64,000 nucleotides of DNA from Podarcis melisellensis (taxonomy: Eukaryota). The stretch lies in the NCBI GenBank assembly GCA_964234715.1, contig OZ174277.1; one strand, written 5' to 3'. A program made the position numbers and the translations under genes. Below are positions 46,522 to 60,100 of the stretch, piece by piece (position 1 is the stretch's first letter; each line of letters opens with the position of its first letter). The notes beneath the pieces were generated by a model. The model did not search any database, was not told the DNA's origin, and saw nothing but the letters and a program-made list of their open reading frames with translations.

Positions 46522-47224
46522 AATGTTTACCAAATGCAGTAAAGGTTTCACAGCAGTTCCTCACACTGCCCCAGAGAAAGCATGTGAACAAATATTGCTG
46601 GGTGGACTCAGTAGGCTCAGAAACTGGAGTTTTGTTTATTCTTGGTGGGTTTTATCCATTTGCTAGGAATTGGTGGGTTCCCCCCCCCCACACATTTGTG
46701 TCCCTCCAATACAACTGGCTTGTGATCAAGATATTGAACTTGTGTATTCTGGTGGTGTTACTACAGACAGCATGTGCAAGAGGGGCAAGGAAAGTGTCTT
46801 CCACTCTGAAATGAGAGGGCACGGGTATTGTTCAGTTGCGTGTTTAATGCTCCCATAGTTATCTGAAAACAGAGAGAAATTAACACAGTCAGGGTTAATT
46901 AAATACAAGTTGTTCCACATGTTTGACCTGCTTGGTAGGAAATAATCATCACAGCATCACATAGCTAATTAAAATGCTGGGAAATGAAAGCAAAGGACAG
47001 GAGGAGTCAGTTCTTCTCTGAGACCTCCATTCAATATAGTAATCTAAAGATCTAAGTAACTTCTGTTGAGAAGTATGGCAAACTGAAAACGCAGTGCATT
47101 ATGGGGGAAACCAGATGCAGCCTGGAAAATGGCATTGTCCTGGGCAAAGCTACATAAATCACTTCTGCAGTACATCTGTAGCCTGGTGGAGGAACGTCAG
47201 CCCATTGGGAGCTGCCTTACACCA

Positions 47225-47392
47225 AGTCATATCAATATTCACAGTATTGCCTACGTTGACTGGAAGCAGCTCTGCTGAGTTTCAGACAGGGACATTCCCA
47301 GCTCTGCTTAGAGATGCCAGGAATTGCACATCTGTCCTTCTGCTTTCAGAGCATGAGCTACAGTGAGCTACCACTGAGCTATGGTGCTTCCC
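47225..47392 (-). mobile_element. tRNA-derived squamate SINE (possibly Squam2-type)
   Basis: Reverse complement of the family at 7525 (CTACCACTGAGCTATGG is the A-box head). Confidence 0.65.
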
Positions 47393-47683
47393 CACAATGG
47401 GAGGGTGAGTTAAAAAGAAAGACCTTTGCAGGATTCCCTGTGCTCAGCGGCACACTTAAACTGTGCTGGAGGTGCCTATCCATGCACTGTTAGTGGGTCA
47501 AGGATCTGTGACCTTGGTACTATGGCTGGTGGTCCAATTTAAATGTGAAAGGCTAGATAGAATGCCACAAGGATGGGAAATTTTTGCCCATACCATGTCT
47601 GGATTACAGGTGGGGTCAAGTTCAATTCTCAGTATGAAGGAGCTGCTTGTAATCCTGCACCAGCCCTGCACATCCACTCCTAT

Positions 47684-47947
47684 TGTTATGTACTGAAGTT
47701 CTCACTCTGGGCCAGCAGGGGGATACTGTGGATAGTTTTCACTCAGGTCCACATATGCAAATAAGGGATTGAAAGTGACGTTCAGTGATTGGATAGTTAC
47801 AGATAGTGGTTACTGTTGCGTTCTAGTGGAGCTGTATATAAGCAGGCTGGCTGAACCCTTGAGTTCAGTTCTGTTCTGGCCTGTGAATAAACAAGAGCTG
47901 TTTGAAGAATCGCTGTCTTGTCTGATATGTTCACCCACAACTTAACA
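47684..47947 (+). mobile_element. Solo LTR (264 bp, Gypsy/BEL-like)
   Basis: TGTTA...TAACA termini, 5-bp TSD CCTAT, TATATAA and AATAAA in the expected order. Confidence 0.9.
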
Positions 47948-50086
47948 CCTATGGGCTTCAGCACACCCACAGGAGCATCATCTCAGGCTGTAACCTTGCC
48001 TGGGCCTGTATTAGGGGAGAATCAGCAGAGGCAGATAATGAAAAGTAATAATCTGCAGGGTAAATAAAATGAAGGAAGGCAGCCAGTAGAACAATCTTCC
48101 CTGAAAGCACAGGAATGACTCTTCCTAATATTATGAAGATCATAATTAATATTCATCTGGAGTTGTTTACCCAACTTCTTAAGTAAAGCATGGGTGGGCA
48201 GATTTCAGGCTTGTGACATCTACTTCATCTTTTAACCAGCACTATAAGCTTCAACAGATGCTAGGTGCAAAACAGTGTTTTGAAAGCAGGGTATGGCCAC
48301 ATGTAAAATGCTGGAATAGCGGGTGGAGCTAATAGAGGTGTAAATGATGCCCACTTGCATGCCTTTCTATGATTGCACCTTTTGTGTGACTTCAACTTCC
48401 TCCTGCACTTAGGCAAGCACCATCTTGGACTATAGTTCATCGCCTCAATAAAACTTGTTTAGCCAGACAGTTCAGTTTTTCTGACCCCTTGCAGCTTCAT
48501 TTGATTCTGTATATTGCTGCATTTTAGTATTTAATTTATTTTGTATATTGCCTTTTAATATTGACACTGCCTCAAGACGCTGCTGAAGAAGTGGTATGCA
48601 AATGTTTTAAAGAAATTATGCATTCATCCAAAGGGTTGATATTTCATCCTTTAGCCAAGTTCTGAAGCAGCTTACAGGCATCAACACTAACTGTACCAAC
48701 ATTGGAGTGTCCTCCAAATGTGATAAATACAAAACTTCATCTGAGTTGCTGTAGAATACAGATCAGGGATTTCAACAACCTAATTTGGAGGGGGGGGCTT
48801 GCTGTTGATATTGTGAAACCATGGGTGTCAGAAAACCTTGCAGATCAAACAACGCAGATCCATGCCAATAGATATCCCCATCAGTTTTACATTTGCCTCT
48901 GAATTATCGCATTCTTCTCTAGATTTCACAGCACACACCAGTAGTTCCAGGACATCTGTTGGCTGGGCTGCCCTCACTTCTCACAAACACAGCAATCATC
49001 CATCAGTTAGGTTCATTTTCAGGTTTGTTTGCTGAGGCTGCAGGTCATACACCAAGGATGCAGCACAGTTGCTGCTTGAATAATGGAAACCAAGTTGATC
49101 GGTTGGCTGGGCAATGCCATGTGTGAATCTCCTTTTGTGGAGTGCTTTCCCATGTGGCTGCAGCTTTTTCAGTCGCAGCTGCACACAGTTTTGCCAGGTT
49201 TCGTTCTGCAGCTTTGTTTCCAAGTGGTAACCAAACACCAGGGCTATTGAATTGTGTTTTTGAATCCCCACCTAAGAGGACGTTTGAGAAGAGCCACTCT
49301 AAGCTGTTCTCCTGCAGTGTCTTTTTCTTGACCTTGAGTCCAACAAGCTTTTCTTTCTCTGAAGAAAATGAGTTGGCATTCCAGCATTCTTCCCTGAAGC
49401 TTCACCAAGGTGCCCAGTAGTCCTTAGGAAAAGAAGGCCATGGAGCTGTTGACGTGAGTCATTATCTAGCAACAAAACCACAAACAGGTGCAACCTGCTT
49501 GATTGCTTCACCCGGGAGTAATGTTTTCCTGTTCAGCCACAGAAAAGAAAATTACTGCTAACAAGGTAACAGTTGCCATGCTATTGAAATCACTTCATTC
49601 TTTTTGCATTAAAAAGCCTTTTCCCTGTCACCTATTTGCATTGCCACATGTTGGAAAACAGACGAGCAGATGGCACACCATCCGACAAGCTGGGTGACAC
49701 AGTTACATAGTCTAGGGCCAATCTGAGGTGATGCATAGCTTACTGACAGCCTTCCCACCAGGGGCTCAGACTGACCTGTGCTGAAATTGTTCAGTGGGAC
49801 TCCATCCAAGTCCAGAGACAAAAAAATCAATTAAAAGCTGGCATAGCGGCCCATGAACACATTAGCTGACAGGGAAAACACACCGGAGACCATAGAGATA
49901 TTAACATACCAATGGGAGCTGATCTAAAAGACTTTAGCTAAGCAGCAGGTGTCAGTATGAGGGGTTTGTCATGATTGCCTCTAAAGAGGAAATTATTACA
50001 TGGTAAAGAATGGCAACAGGAGGATATAGTGACAACTGCTTCCTTTAGCAGTGTGACAGGGTCAATGCTGTGTATGTATTTAGTGT

Positions 50087-50168
50087 GAAGAAGAAGAAGA
50101 AGAAGAAGAAGAAGAAGAAGAAGAAGAAGAAGAACGAGGAGGAGGAGGAGGAGGAGGAAGAAGAAGAA
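50087..50168. repeat. (GAA)n(GAG)n purine triplet microsatellite
   Basis: Directly visible. Confidence 0.97.
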
Positions 50169-52104
50169 TTTGCTGGGCAGCTAGCTAGCAAAGAAGAAGA
50201 GGGGTGCTGCAGTCCAGATCTCCAGGGTGGAGCATTACTGGTGGCTCATTAACTTTGCAAATGCTTGCCCCTAGGCCCTTTGGTCTTTTGGAGAGTCTTT
50301 TTGGGAGGTCCAGGTGGGAGAGAAAGGAGCAGGGTGGTTGCAGAAGCTGCTTGCTGCATGTGTAACCACTGAATACAACCCACTGACATTTATAAAACAC
50401 CTTTTTGAGCTACATCATATGTAGACAAGATGGATGTGCTCCACAGAATATATAGTATGCCAAGAGCAGGGAGCAAAGCTTTGCCTGCCAAGCCTCCATG
50501 CTTACTCATTAATATATTCTGCTCTCTGACTTATGTCATGACATCTGAGTCAGTCCATTCACACCTTCCCCTCTTGTGGAGCAGGTTTCAAAGTGGGAGA
50601 GGGAATTGCCCTCACCACCAGCCTCAGATGTCACTAAAACTGTACCTCAGATGCACAAGATGATCTCATTTTTCCATCTGAGAAGGTTCTGTTGCTGTCC
50701 TCAGACTCAGGCATCATCTGCCCAGAAGCCCCTTTTCTCCCCCATGGCACTGGAGTTAGCAGCTGTTGAAGCAGTCAAGGCCAACTGAAAAGGCTTTACT
50801 CATTGGAGGTGGAGCTTAGCCACACAAATAGAAATGCAGCTCTTCTTAAGGCTCAGTTTCGGCTTCCTTCTTGTTGAAGCATTATCACTTGAGGCTGCTT
50901 GTATGGCACTTCAGCCTGAACTGCTCATGGCACTGTCTAGGGGAAACCCAACCAGATAGGCAGGTAAAAAGTTGTTGTTGTTGTTGTTTTTGGTTGCCTG
51001 TTCCTTTGGCTTTGCTTTGTCAGAACTTGGACCTCTACTCATCAGGACATCAGCCTCCACTTTGTCATGCTTTGCCTTTCCCAAGCCTTATCTTGGACTT
51101 GCTTAAATTGCCTCAGTCCTCTTGTTGGAATCTGAACTCATGCTTAGCACCCCTCCCTGCTTGAGCTGGAAATCAATTTGCCTGAGACCACCACTCAGAA
51201 CAGGACAGCTTGGCTCCACAGGTGGCAGCCTTCACCTGATGTTGACCATATCTGCAAAAACATGAGAAGAGTACCCTTGGCTGAGTTTTCTTCCTAAAGT
51301 GGTATACGTTATGAAACTATATGTCCATAAGAACATGGGAGGGCCATCAACTCTTGAAGAATGAAAGGGTGACATGGAACATGTCAGTGACTGGCGTGCA
51401 GGAAAATAGCAATATAGGAAGCTATCACATCTCACTGCAAAACCAAGTCTTATTCCCATAAGCTCCAAAGCAATGTTACCTGATAATCAGCTGTCAGCTT
51501 CTAAGAAGCACCCCATCCTGCTCATTCCTTCAAAATATGCCTACATGGAGAGATCAAATAACCACCAGATTCTTCCTCCGGGCAAATCTCACTGAACTGA
51601 GATCGTAGGTGCTCTTGAGGCGGCAGAATTCCATCTGGGTTGGTTTGCAAAGTCTTTCAGAAAGAGGGACCAGTTTACTTCCATGTGTCTGTAATCTCTT
51701 ATATTGCCCACCAAGGTTATTTATCCTTAGTCTTTTTATCCTTATCACTGAAAATGAGTTCTCTGAAGCTCCTGTCTTCTATATTTCCCTCAGGTGATTA
51801 AATAAACAAAACATCATGAATCAAATACAGTGATGTGTTTAGATGCTTCCATGCTCCAAAAAAGAAGATTCTCTTTGTAGGCTATGAAACTGAGATAAAT
51901 AATCTGTATATTTGCTTTGCAATGGAGATTTCTGAATTTTTATTCACTTAATGACTATAAATTCGGCTGATTTAATAACAAACTGCACAACAGTTGATAT
52001 AAATTCTTGTTATGGTTAATGTTTTCACCCATTAGCCTTTAATTTAAAGGTTTTTCTTTTGTTGTTACTGATTTCAGTCTTAGAAAATACATGGGAAAGT
52101 GTTG

Positions 52105-52290
52105 CAGGTGAGTGATACAGCATCTGCTCTGCATGCAGAAAGGCCCAGTTGAATCCCTATCATATCATAGGTAGGGCTAGGAATGCCCCATGTCTAAAAC
52201 CCTGGAGACCCAATGGCAGTCAAGTGTACACAGTACTGAGCTAAATGGCCCAATGAGCTGACTCTGTATAAGGTAGCTTTTATGTCTATT
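52105..52290 (+). mobile_element. tRNA-derived squamate SINE (possibly Squam2-type)
   Basis: AGCATCTGCTCTGCATGCAGAAAGGCCCAGTTGAATCCC head and family body. Confidence 0.7.
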
Positions 52291-53153
52291 AGGTCTGTTG
52301 CCCCAAATGACTAGCTGACTTCCCCACCACCACCACCCATAACTTGTGTCATCATGACATCACAGTGTTCTCTGTTTTGCCCATTCAGTCCCACCTGCTG
52401 TCATTTGGGAGCCCATGATGTGGAGCATCAATAAGGGAAACATAGAATGTTGTGACACAAGACATCTCCTACAAGCTACAGAGAAGGAAAGGAAAACTAG
52501 GCATTCGACAGCTAATTTTGGTGGCAGCCACAAGGTATCATACATGTTTTACTGGAAGATTAGATTTCAAAAGACAATTTGTAGTTTTTATACATCACCT
52601 TTCTGATACTACTGCTCTCACAAGATGCAAAAGCCGTACACTCCATTGCCAAGGGAGAAGCCTGAAACTGGAAAACATGCCTGTGCACATTTTCCCGTGG
52701 TACTTCGAAGTTTAAGGCCATGGTTATACTGGCATATACTCAGTTCAGCAACTCCTTATGGATTCAGGAACTCCAGTGTGTACACAGAATCTTGCCTGTA
52801 AAAGGTTCACTACAAACTTTCCTGGTGGGAGAAAGCTCCAAACGCAACCATCTGCTGCTCTTGCCACTGAAGTGAATAGGAAGTGCAGGGCTTGCAATAA
52901 AATCCTATGGGGCTCTGATTTAGGACCAAAATATATAACTTTAAAGAGAAACATTCTGATCCTTGAATGCAGGCAGCATGTGAAGACCTCCTCTCCAACA
53001 GTATGGCTGCGATTGTCACCTTTGATAGTTTTGAGATGGCACAATCCTGATCATGTACAGCTAGTCTCCACTCATTCTAACTTTTCAAGGACAGGAATTT
53101 TAAATTATAAAATATACCTACATACTGGGCTGGATTCAAGTAACCCAGGACAC

Positions 53154-53771
53154 AGAGATAGAGGCAGTGAGAGATTTTACTTTCTTGGGCTCCATGATCA
53201 CTGCAGATGGTGACAGCAGTCATGAAATTAAAAGACGCCTGCTTCTTGGGAGGGAAGCAATGGCAAACCTAGACAGCATCTTAAAAAAGCAGAGACATCA
53301 CCTTGCCAGCAAAGGTCCATATAGTGAAAGCCATGGTTTTCCCAGTAGTGATGTATGGAAGTGAGAGCTGGACCATAAAGAAGGCTGATCGCCAAAGAAT
53401 TGACGCTTTTGAATTATGGTGCTGGAGGAGAGTCTTGAGAGTCCCATGGACTGCAAGAAGATCAACCTATCCATTCTGGAGGAAATCAGCCCTGAGTGCT
53501 CATTGGAAAGACAGATCCTGAAGCTGAGGCTCCAGTACTTTGGCCACCTCATGAGAAGAGAAGACTCCCTGGAAAAGACCCTGATGTTGGGAAAGATGGA
53601 GGGCACAAGGAGAAGGGGACGACAGAGGATGAGATGGTTGGATAGTGTTTGTGAAGCTACCAGCATGAGTTTGACCAAACTGTGGGAGGCAGTGGAAGAC
53701 AGGAGGGCCTGGCGTGCTCTGATCCAGGGGATCACGAAGAGTCAGATACGACTAAATGACTAAACAACAAC
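53154..53771 (+). mobile_element. 5'-truncated RTE/BovB-type LINE
   Basis: DFTFLGSMITADGDSSHEIKRRLLLGR...MYGSESWTIKKADRQRIDAFELWCWRR...GKMEGTRRRGRQRMRWLD; (CAA)n tail; 12-bp TSD AACCCAGGACAC (53142-53153 / 53772-53783). Confidence 0.96.
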
Positions 53772-54759
53772 AACCCAGGACACTAGCCTAAGCCAGGACA
53801 AGGGTTCCTGCTAGCGCAACAGGACTTTCTCCCCTCTCCTCTCTCCATGCCTGTCTGTACCTCCTCCAATCAATTATGGAGGACAATGAGAACCCCCAGA
53901 GCAACACCCAGGGGGACAAAGGAGGGAGTTCGTTTTGTCTCGGGGGGAATGTTGCATTGATGGGACTATCAGAAGAGCATGTCACTGAATTCCTCCCACT
54001 GTTTCATAGTGCAGTATTTTATGTAAACCATTTAGAGATTTATGTTGTTCTTGATTAAAAGGTCTATACTTAAATAAATAAAAGTAAAAAAATAAAGGTT
54101 CAGGGTCCCCTCGACCCATTCTTAGTTCATATGATCTAGGCCCTAGATTCTAAAGTTAAGACACTGACATCAGATTCTGGATCTGAGCCCTTGATGAGCC
54201 TTGGCACAAATTCAGCCCTGCTGTGGGATAAGAAGCAGAGAACCGGAGAAGGCAGGGAGTTGAGAAAGGTTCAAGGAAGCCAATGGGGAGCTGCATAAAC
54301 CACAAAACAAGCCTAAGAAGAAGCTGGGGAAAGAGAAAGCTTTTGATCCAGAAGGAAATGAACAAAAACCGCTTAGGAGGCCAAGGGCACAAAGGAGCCA
54401 AAAGGGAGGCTGAAATTCAAATATTGATTTGAACTAACGAAAAGGCCACATATTTGGCTACAGGGCTGTAGCTCAAATTTAATTGACTGGAATCATTCTC
54501 CTCTTTCTTTTCCAAGCTCAAAATAAAACAAAGGGAAACATACACAAATTGTTTATGGTGTCTGTACATGTCTCTACATGGGGAGAGATCCTCCCCACAC
54601 ACATTTCAGGTTGCACTCTTACTCAGGAAGACCGGAGAGCAGAACCAACACAGTGTGCCTGCTGGCACGAAGGACGTTGGCACCTGATGCTCCTTCATCC
54701 ACATGGCTACAAGAACAACATCCAACATTCCCTGAGTTCTCTCTTCCTCTGCTGTGCTG

Positions 54760-55330
54760 AAGCAGGAAGTGATGCTGGGATCTCATTATTTGTATAAACA
54801 GAGCCCACCCTTGCTTTTGCAGATGGCAGCCGGCGCCTGCTGCAGCCCAGCAGCCCAGATATCCAAATGTAAAAGTTACAGGCTGATTATCGGCATTCCT
54901 TTTTATCGCACATTTTCAATACGAACAGTGCACGGCGTAATTATGTTGTGCAATTACAAGATAAGCTTTGCAGGTTTCATTTAAGGGACGCCAAAAGAAA
55001 TGGAAAGCTGACTAATGAGTGCTATCACGTGATTGAGCCAAATGGCACTCTTGCCAATCTGCCATATATTTTATTACAGAGTTGTTTTTAAACTCACAAT
55101 TTTCTTGAAGACACAAAGCAAAAGACAAGACAATTATAGAGTAAATCAATATTTAAAGAGAACGTTACTGCGGCTCCATCATAAATATCAAAAGGTTAGA
55201 CATTAGAAAGGCAATTTAAAATGACTGACCAAGAAGCAATTGGCTTTGCCAGTAATTATCTGTAGCACCCTTGTTGTAATTAAATTTATTTATGTTTGTA
55301 GTGGAATATTTGCCTTGCCTCCCACAGGAT
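54760..55330. promoter_or_regulatory. Candidate conserved non-coding element/enhancer
   Basis: Repeat-free with retained CpGs, many TAAT/ATTA motifs, an E-box CACGTG and an NFI-like TGGCA(N5)TGCCA. Conservation is inferred, not tested. Confidence 0.4.
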
Positions 55331-55655
55331 ACCAGTGTTGCTAATTCCTGCACGGAAGCTGTATAATCCTAGGCCTAGCAGTGCTCATCTGGAATCGAAT
55401 GTGTTTCAGCAAAAGTATTGCATTTCCTTTCCCCTTTCCTACGGGATCCTCTGGGTAAGGAAATTTAGCTGTGAGCGATTAAGTACTTCAATAAAATAAA
55501 GAGTAAATAAAATTTGATTGTATGCAAAATCTATTATTTGCCTTACTGAGTGAACTCAATACTGGCTCTGTCTCACATGCCTCTGTTTCTTTTCTTAAAA
55601 CTCTTGTAGAGTTGTATACCAGCCCTGGAAAGTAACTAGGGCCAAAACAAACATA

Positions 55656-55899
55656 CAATCATACCTCAGGTTGCAGACACTTCACCTTGTGTTTTTTCAG
55701 GTTGCGGACCACCGAAACCCGGAAGTACTGGAACAGGTTACTTCCAGGTTTTGGGGGTTGCGCATGCGCAGAAGCGCTAAATCGTGCTTTGCACATGCAC
55801 AGAAGTGCCGAATCGCAACCAGCGGGTGTGCAGACGCACCACTGTGGGTTGCGGACGTGCATCCCACATGGATCACGTTCACAACCTGAGCGCCCACTG
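55656..55899. mobile_element. Tc1/mariner (Tigger/pogo-like) MITE
   Basis: TA-flanked and related to 7764-8025 in the same orientation. Confidence 0.8.
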
Positions 55900-56846
55900 T
55901 ATTTTCCTGAACAGCAGAATAACTCTTAGGCTGAGTGTTGCTAGATGCTTTTCATATAGCTGATCCAGTACTGTAATTCCATTTTCATAATTTATTGTAG
56001 TGCTGAAATGGCACTTGCAGGGAGGGGGTAGCTAAAAAAAAGAAAAAAGGCCCCAATGAATGCTGGGGTTTGTGGGAGACGATCTCTATCTTAGACTGAT
56101 TTTTCTTACTTCCAGGGTGCTGATTGGCCATTACACATCTCCAAAGCCCAATATATTTTGCTGCCTGAGGGAAAGGACAAAATGGCAACTCCTGCCATCT
56201 CATGTACAGAAACTGATGGGAATATCAGCTGAATCTTATCTGGAAACTGGCAATGGGACAGCATCCTTCTGAGGACAGCAGGCTATCTTATTGTTATTGA
56301 ATTTTATTTATTAAATTATATCTTTTCCTTCCTCCTGAAGGAGCCCAGGGTGGCCAATAGATTCACAACTGAAAGAAACAAAAATGTTTTCCATTGTCAT
56401 ATACTGAAAGATTTTTGGCAGAAGGTAGCTGAAACTATCAACAGAACTGTATGGAACAACTTTACATTTACAGAACAAAATATCCTTTAGAATTATATGT
56501 CCAGCACATGGAACTTCACAAAAGGACAATATGAGTGGACTGTCTGTGCCCTTACCACAGCAAAAAGACTGACACTGATGAATTGGAAAAATAAAAATGT
56601 GGCTCCCTTCTACAGTTGGATTTAAGACTTATCCAAAATTGCAACATATGAACAACTTGCATATAAATGCAAATTCAAGGATATTTGGAATCCATTCTTA
56701 CAAATACTGTAATAGGTTAAGATCTGGTGAAGTACAATAACAACTTTATAAAGTATACAGCTTTCCCTCCCCCCCCCTTTACTTTCCCTTCTACAGGGGT
56801 GCATTTTCTCTTTTTCTTTTTCTCTCTTTTATTTACGCCTCACCAT

Positions 56847-57137
56847 AATCAGCCCTGAGTGCTCACTGGAAGGACAGATCGTGAAGCTGAGGCTCCAATA
56901 CTTTGGCCACCGCATGGAGAAGAGAAGACTCCCTGGAAAAGACCCTGATGTTGGGAAAGATGGAGGGCACAAGGAGAAGGGGGCGACAGAGGACGAGATG
57001 GTTGGACAGTGTTCTCAAAGCTACCAGCATGAGCTTAACCAAACTGTGGGAGCCAGTGGAAGACAGGAGTGCCTGGCGTGCTCTGGTCCATGGGGTCACA
57101 AAGAGTCGGGCACGACTAAATGACTAAACAACAACAA
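56847..57137 (+). mobile_element. RTE/BovB-type LINE 3' fragment
   Basis: Near-identical to 53483-53771; (CAA)n tail. Confidence 0.95.
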
Positions 57138-60100
57138 TGATTAGTGCACATATAATTATGCACTTTTAAACTTTCAATAAAGATATCTGGGGTGGAAAAA
57201 AGCATTCTAAAAGAGTTAAAGCTTTCTAAAAGTAGTCACAGTTAAAAACGTCTAAAAGTGGTGACAGTTAACTTTATTCCATCTTGGGGTTTCAAGGAAC
57301 AGTATTCTTCATCCATCAAATGCCTGGGTAAACAGGGATGTTTTCAAATTCCTCCTGAAATTTAACAATGATGGAAACCAACAAACCATAGCTATGATGA
57401 ACCACAGATTAGGGCTGAGACATAAAGCCACATTGTGGCTACACTAGAGCAGTGAAAGGGAGGATGAAGCAGTTGAATCTAGGACCAAACATATTCGTTT
57501 ATATTCATTGCATCTATTTTTATCACATGAGACTGGTTTTAGTAATTTCCTCTGTGGTTATATCTGAATATAGCCAATAAAAACAAGAATCAATACAACA
57601 AATTAATCCACTCAAGATCTTGTAATAAAAATAGATACAATAAATACAAATAATTATGTGGCAAGTGTTTCGGTTGGAGTTGTGGACCTGTCAACTGGCA
57701 CTTCCTGGGTTGCCAATGCAGGTATAATAAGTATGCAAGAGTGCTCCTGGTTTCATCTGTGAAATATTGGTGAGGCTCCCATCTAAGCTGACCCTCTCTA
57801 TGGATTTGACTAATTCTGCTCTGCCACACGTATCTGGTTTTCAGGCTGTGGCCATGTACGCAACGAGAAATACTGCAGCTTTGACCTTTCATGTCAGACC
57901 CTTGGTCCCTGCGGGCATAGCTACAAATGTGCATATCTGAAGGTCAGATTGGCAATGGTCTGACACGCCCTTTCCCCTCCCCATTTGTCATGCAAACTTT
58001 GACCTTTCTCTAAGGAACTGCTCCGCTATAATATATCTCAGCTGAAAATTGTTCCAAGCAGGAAAAAGTCAGACACACATACATGCATAGAACACAAAAT
58101 AATTATTGACCTGAATATTTTTATTATTATTCTTGATTCCTGTTTAAAACCCCATAGATTAAAGATGTGTTTATAGCAAAAAAGGAAAAGGAAAGTCAGG
58201 GAATTATAGCCAATTATAGAGCATTAATTTGAATAATTGATTTGATATAAACTACAAATTACTACATCAGCATCATGCAGTGCCCTTATGCTCCCTTTGT
58301 AGAGAACTTAATTTTGTTAGCAAGGAGGTAACCACATCACAACCGTTTATGATCGATCATAGTCTATATGTAGGAAGCAGATTTAACAGGAAGCTAGAAG
58401 TTTTATTTTATTTTATTTTATTTCGCCTGAGGTCTACTCACTGATCGTTTGAGTTCTGGCAAAGTTTAACCACTCTGTGAGATCTAGAATTTGAACGTAA
58501 AATGAAGTTTTTCAGTGGGAGGCTGTGTCCTGCAGACACATAGTTAATCCACAATTTGCAGATAGAGGCATTCCTATTAATTCCTGGGGAAACCTGGGCA
58601 GCTAACATCTTATCTATGCTTCCTTCAAAGGTTGCCCAAACTGAAAAGTTTGAAGCTAAAATATGTTCATTCAAAGATTTTGTTGTTGTTGCTACATCCT
58701 ATCACTGCAAATCAAGCTGACATGTACATGTCACCTGATTGCAAGCGAAGCAGAACTTTATTGAAGTGTCTATCATCGCATATAACGCTTATCAACAAAG
58801 ACTACATGGCTGCAACTTGGCGGAGGGTGGGGGAAGGGTTGCACTGATAATGCCAAAAATGCAACTGTTTTTCTGAAGGTAACTGCTCCTGTCAGTGTAA
58901 CAATGATTTCTGTGCCTTTCCATATCAACCAAGAGAGCAACAAAAGAGAGCAGGGTTCTGCAGATAAGGAAAATAACGCTTCATTAATGTTCTTTAGTGC
59001 TTAGTATTATTCTGTTTCAGCAGCCATCAAGCCAATATTACACGTGTTTGGAAGCTGATATGTGAAATAATGAAGGACTCCACCAGATGACCTGTTTGTT
59101 GACCATTCATCCTGATTTGCTTGCACAACTTTCTATGTCCTTAAATTGGGTATAAAGTTTGTGAACAATACTAAAATATGGAACAGCTTCCTCAATAAGC
59201 CTTACAGATGCATTGAGTACATCAAGTAATGTACTCAAAAATGTATATACTAGGGTAAAGTGTGGATCGAAATGCATGTGCTAATTGAAAATAGCACAGA
59301 AATCATTTGGGGGAATTTGCTTTGCAAAAGTGTGTATATACCAGGAGACATTTGCACTAAAATGCTGATAAATTTTCACAAGGACTTAAAAAATACCCCC
59401 GGATAGATGGGGAAAGTTATGGAAAATTGAGAAAGGGAAATAGATTCATGCACTCAAACTGTGCATAAAGATCTGGCACCACCTCACATGCAGTGTAATG
59501 TCAGTCAACACAGAGCAGTTTGACAATTGAAGTAATCAGCTGGCTTGAGTGTCTTCTCAAACACATTTCTTACATGGTTTGAGTAGTTTATAAGAAGGCT
59601 AAGTATGTGAGTCATTTTAAAAGCCAATTTTGCTGAAAGCATTTGACGTGCTGCATTTTCTCATGTTGTTATAAGTACGGTAATGAAATATACCCATGTT
59701 CTCTTCAGCCTCCTCAAACTTTTAGTATGACAGTGCTTTATTTTAAAACAATTTGGCACTGTATTTAGACACCCTGGGTTTTAATGTGCAGTCCTCTAAA
59801 GGGGGGCGGGGATTAGACTGGAGGACCTGCATATATTTGTTCATATGTAGGGCACTAAAAGGGGAAATGGGGACATTCCAGGATCAAATCAGAAATCAGG
59901 ATGGCTTCTGTAATTCTGGGAATTGTGTTCCTGGAAAACCAGGACACTTGGAGGGTTTGCATTATTCAGCTACTAGAACCGCAGGAATTTTTGTCCATTC
60001 AAATGGTGGTTAGATCTGGTTAGTGGAAGGCTGATGTTTGGTTCCCCTGTAAGGATCTAGCCAGAGGAGCACATTTGTTAAGAGCTGGTGACCTGCATCA

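Noticed and set aside
49046-49400. ~118-codon stop-free minus-strand frame
   Set aside because: No recognisable domain, no start codon and no convincing splice sites.
50070-50252. Poly-K/poly-E ORF (and poly-L/F ORFs at 32470-32702)
   Set aside because: These are translation artefacts of triplet microsatellites.
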